Made by a program: the position numbers and the translations under genes
Shown: piece by piece, positions 16,106 through 19,125 of the stretch
How positions within the stretch are numbered: the first letter of the stretch is position 1
Layout: each line of letters starts with the position of its first letter
The notes under the pieces: model-generated
Databases searched by the model: none
What the model was told of the DNA's origin: nothing
What the model saw: only the letters and a program-made list of their open reading frames with translations
Assembly: GCA_045106895.1 (NCBI GenBank)
Contig: JBGCFM010000221.1
Span: 1 to 19,125 of the forward strand
DNA: 19,125 bases
Source of the DNA: Polyangiales bacterium
Lineage (GTDB): Bacteria > Myxococcota_A > Polyangia > Polyangiales > Houyiibacteriaceae
Reading direction: 5' to 3'

Positions 16106-17068
16106 CTACGCCACTCGGCGGTGTTCGTCCTGCAGCTGCGCGAGCTGCAGGAGTAGCGCCGGCGTCGGGACCCCGATGCTGTTTGGCCGGGTCACAGGCC
16201 CGAGGCTCAGCTCGAAATGCCCCGTCTCCCACTGGCAGATCTGGGCGATGAGCTGCCGCCGCGAGGTCTGGGTGCCAGGCTCATCCGCGTCGACGATGTC
16301 TCCGTTGCTCAGGTAAACGAGGATGTTTCGCTCGTCTCGGTGGAGGCGGAGGATGCCGCTCATTCCTTCCAGCGAAGCGAGGCTCAGGAGACTCGGCGCA
16401 CGAATGTGGGCGAGGTCTCCCACCATATGATCGTCGGGGCTCTCGACCTCGGCGCCGGCGGGTACGACGCTCGCTTCGTCGTCCTTCGGGATAAACTCCA
16501 CGCTCGTTCGGTACGTGCCCTTCTTGCCGAGACGGCTGCGAACAGCCTTACCCGCAAACGTCGTGCTGCCGCCCTCCGGCGCGGGAAGCTCAATGCGAAC
16601 TTCTTCTCCCTTTCGAAGCTGCCACTCGGTCTCGATGGAGCACGAGTGGACCTCGCTCGGAACATCGTCCGCCGCGGGAGGCTGAGAACGCCGCCGAATC
16701 GTCGACCCGTCACGGCGGATCTGTCCGCTGGCGATATGCACGAAGAGCATCGCGATGGCTTCGCGCTGCAGCTCGTCCGTCGGCATAAAATCGAAGCCCA
16801 CCATGCGCATGCGGGTGCCTTTCAAGTCCTCGATCCTCTCGACACGGACGAGGCATGCGTCGATTTCCGTCTTGAAGGCGTCGTCCCGGGACGACAAGCG
16901 CAGACGGGCAATCGAACCAACGTGGCCCAGCGACGCGTCCGGGTCGTCGATGCGAATGCCGGTGACCGAGAGGTCCCCGCATCGCATGCGACCTCGTCGC
17001 TCGATGCCCACGAAGTGTACTTTGAGGGACGCCCGAATGCGGGGCGCCTTTCGACGTTCAGCGCTCAT
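16106..17068 (-). CDS. PilZ domain + DUF4388 (PatA-N-like) protein
   Basis: ERRKAPR (RxxxR) and DLSVTG (DxSxxG) c-di-GMP motifs. C-terminal GDLAHIRAPSLLSL...SGILRL...GDIVDA...W..GHF resembles DUF4388. Start ATG 17068. Confidence 0.85.
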   Translation of the reverse strand: MSAERRKAPRIRASLKVHFVGIERRGRMRCGDLSVTGIRIDDPDASLGHVGSIARLRLSSRDDAFKTEIDACLVRVERIEDLKGTRMRMVGFDFMPTDELQREAIAMLFVHIASGQIRRDGSTIRRRSQPPAADDVPSEVHSCSIETEWQLRKGEEVRIELPAPEGGSTTFAGKAVRSRLGKKGTYRTSVEFIPKDDEASVVPAGAEVESPDDHMVGDLAHIRAPSLLSLASLEGMSGILRLHRDERNILVYLSNGDIVDADEPGTQTSRRQLIAQICQWETGHFELSLGPVTRPNSIGVPTPALLLQLAQLQDEHRRVA

Positions 17069-17208
17069 GCTTTCAGCGTACGGACCTGAATGACAAACCT
17101 TGAGCAGATTCCGATCGTTCAACAATGGCGCGCTCTTGCGTAAAAGCCTGTTTTTCCATCGTTTTTGGCGGACCGGCGCCGCAACCGACGTGAGGGCTCA
17201 TCTCCGCC

Positions 17209-17238
17209 TTGTACTTCGGGCCCCGATCCCATTAGCGT
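17209..17238 (+). promoter_or_regulatory. Possible sigma70 promoter for the ParA-family gene
   Basis: TTGTAC-N18-TAGCGT about 50 nt upstream of ATG 17290. Confidence 0.35.
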
Positions 17239-17289
17239 ATGGCCGCAAACTTAAAAACGCGGCTCAGCCGCATGCAGGAAGATGTACTG

Positions 17290-17934
17290 ATGCGCCAAAT
17301 CATGGTGATCAACTCCAAGGGCGGCAGCGGAAAGAGCTCGATCGCGACGAGCCTGGCCGCTTACTACGCCAAGCAAGGCAAGACCGTAGCGCTAGCGGAT
17401 TACGATCCGCAGCAATCCAGCTTGGACTGGCTTGCCCGGCGCCCCGACACGCGGAATCCGATCGTTGGCCTGCGTTCCTTCAAGGACGGCCTCCGAAAGC
17501 TCCCACGCAGCAGCGATGTGCTCATCGTCGACGCCCCCGCGGGCGCAAGTGGCGCGCAGCTCTCGAAGCTCGCCGCCTCGGTTCAGACGATCATCGTCCC
17601 GGTGCTTCCCTCACCCATCGACATGGCTGCCACGGATCGTTTCCTCACGGCACTGATGAAGACGCCAGCGGTCTCGAAGAAGAAGACCAAGGTCGGCATC
17701 ATCGCCAACCGTGTTCGCGACAACACGCTCGTCTCTGAAGAGCTGGACGCGTTCATCGCGAAGCAAAAGGCGCCCTACGTCACTTGGTTCCGCGAAGCGC
17801 AGAACTACGTCCGCGCCTACATGGGCGGTCTCGGTGTCCACGAGATGCCGGAATACCGCGCCTGGGCCGAGTGGCAGCAGTGGGAGCCGCTCATCAAGTG
17901 GCTCAACTCGGCCAAGAGCCGCGGCCGCGGCTGA
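17290..17934 (+). CDS. Orphan ParA/MinD-family ATPase
   Basis: Deviant Walker A KGGSGKS, ADYDPQQS, Walker B IVDAP, PVLPSPID, IIANRV. ATG 17290 preceded by CAGGAAG; no parB adjacent. Confidence 0.92.
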   Translation: MRQIMVINSKGGSGKSSIATSLAAYYAKQGKTVALADYDPQQSSLDWLARRPDTRNPIVGLRSFKDGLRKLPRSSDVLIVDAPAGASGAQLSKLAASVQTIIVPVLPSPIDMAATDRFLTALMKTPAVSKKKTKVGIIANRVRDNTLVSEELDAFIAKQKAPYVTWFREAQNYVRAYMGGLGVHEMPEYRAWAEWQQWEPLIKWLNSAKSRGRG

Positions 17935-17945
17935 TCACTCTGTGA

Positions 17946-19124
17946 TCACTCGGCAGCGCGCTCGGCTCGAGCGCGCTCCCGGGGTCCTTGGATGAGGTGA
18001 TACCGAAGCGCTTCCCGCGCGACGAAGGCGGCTTTGATCCGCCATCTCGGAGTATTGACCACAAGGGCAGCGAGGGCGATCGTCGGATTGTCCGCTGGCG
18101 CATACCCAACAAACCACGTGTAGCCACGATAGGGGCGCTCGGCGCTGAGCGAACCGGTCTTACCGGCCACGGTGATGTCTGGAAGAAACGGGTTGCCGCG
18201 CTCGTCGTGGAAAGAGCGCCGCCCCGTTCCTCGGCGAACGGTGCGCTCCATCATTGTCCCGACGGCCCGCGCCGTGCGGCGGCTGAGGACGGCACGGTGG
18301 ATCGACGGCTCGTGCTCGTAGAACACCGTCCCCGCCACGTCGTCGACGCGCTCGACGAGGGCCGGCCGCGGCATCTGTCCGTCGTTGGCGATGGTGGCCG
18401 CGATGAGCGCGCCATGCATCGGCGACATGTGCATGTGCCAGAACCCCGCGGCCGTGCGAGCACGTTCAAGCCGGTCCGCTGGGACCTCGGCGGGGCTCGG
18501 CGACATCGTCACGTCGAAGGGCAGGCGATGCCCAAAACCAAAGGCCGACGCATATCGGGTCAGCAGCGGCACGCTCAAGTGGCGGTCTGCGAGGCGCGCG
18601 AAGACCGCGTTGATGCTGCCGCCGAGGGCTTCTCCGAGATTTGCGCAATTCGGCGCGCCGGGGTCATCTTCGAGATGCCGGGCGCGGAGGCGTGAGCCCC
18701 CTCCCCGATAACAAACCTCTTCGTTGACGTCGACGCCGGCATCCACGAGCGCCGCCGCGGTGACGATCTTGAACACGGACGCGGTGGGCGGCGTTGGATC
18801 GAGGGCGAGGTCACCGGCGTCCGGGTTCGCCGAGGAGTGGCTGACGTACGCGAGGACGCGGCCCGTTGACGGATCGAGGGCGACCACCGAGCCGTAGGGC
18901 ACCTCGTAGCGCCGGAAGATGCCTTCAACGTGGTCCTGGAGACCGGGCTCAAGGGTCATGACGGCTCGACGACCGCCCGGCATACCGGCGACAAAACGAT
19001 CTCCTTCGAGCTCGCGGTTGGCGGGGTCAAACCCTTCCAAGGCGCGCGGCGCGGCGAGGGGCGCGACGGGGGTCGCTGGCTCTGGAGCACCCAGAGGATC
19101 CGCCCGGGGAGCGGTGTTCTTCAG
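17946..19124 (-). CDS. Penicillin-binding protein, transpeptidase domain (5' truncated by window edge)
   Basis: SxxK (ASVFK), SxN (SIN), KTG (AGKTGS), VALDPSTGRVLA, WFVGYAP. Frame is open to the window end through a Pro/Ala linker. Confidence 0.93.
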   Translation of the reverse strand: MKNTAPRADPLGAPEPATPVAPLAAPRALEGFDPANRELEGDRFVAGMPGGRRAVMTLEPGLQDHVEGIFRRYEVPYGSVVALDPSTGRVLAYVSHSSANPDAGDLALDPTPPTASVFKIVTAAALVDAGVDVNEEVCYRGGGSRLRARHLEDDPGAPNCANLGEALGGSINAVFARLADRHLSVPLLTRYASAFGFGHRLPFDVTMSPSPAEVPADRLERARTAAGFWHMHMSPMHGALIAATIANDGQMPRPALVERVDDVAGTVFYEHEPSIHRAVLSRRTARAVGTMMERTVRRGTGRRSFHDERGNPFLPDITVAGKTGSLSAERPYRGYTWFVGYAPADNPTIALAALVVNTPRWRIKAAFVAREALRYHLIQGPRERARAERAAE

Positions 19125-19125
19125 G

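Noticed and set aside
17126..17140. TGGCGCGCTCTTGCG sigma54-like site
   Set aside because: GG-to-GC spacing is 9, not the required 10.

Overview
GC-rich bacterial chromosomal window, probably Myxococcota (Polyangiales/Sandaracinus-like). That is inferred from the DAG-repeat and Cys-rich lipoproteins, STAS/SpoIIAA-like small proteins, a PilZ-DUF4388 protein and a transpeptidase-only PBP. It holds about 18 mostly unlinked protein genes: acyl-CoA dehydrogenase (5' partial), POT peptide transporter, mPGES-2-like GST, ADP-ribosylglycohydrolase, PAS-PAS hybrid histidine kinase, double-HTH protein, stand-alone response regulator, two STAS-like proteins, five predicted lipoproteins (one an amidohydrolase), an alpha/beta hydrolase, PilZ-DUF4388, orphan ParA and a PBP (5' partial). 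There is also an initiator tRNA-fMet with its promoter and terminator. Two genes are frameshifted at simple-sequence runs, which may be assembly errors. I see no clear multi-gene novel system, defence island, CRISPR or integrase. The best unexplained signals are non-coding: (1) a ~160 bp hairpin/MITE-like element at 11444-11605 that seems to have inserted at a CTAG stop codon and now supplies a gene's C-terminus, with two possible relic ends at other TAG stops; (2) a consensus sigma54 promoter before the ADP-ribosylglycohydrolase; (3) a perfect TyrR-type TGTAAA-N6-TTTACA box. All calls come from reading motifs by eye; no searches were run.
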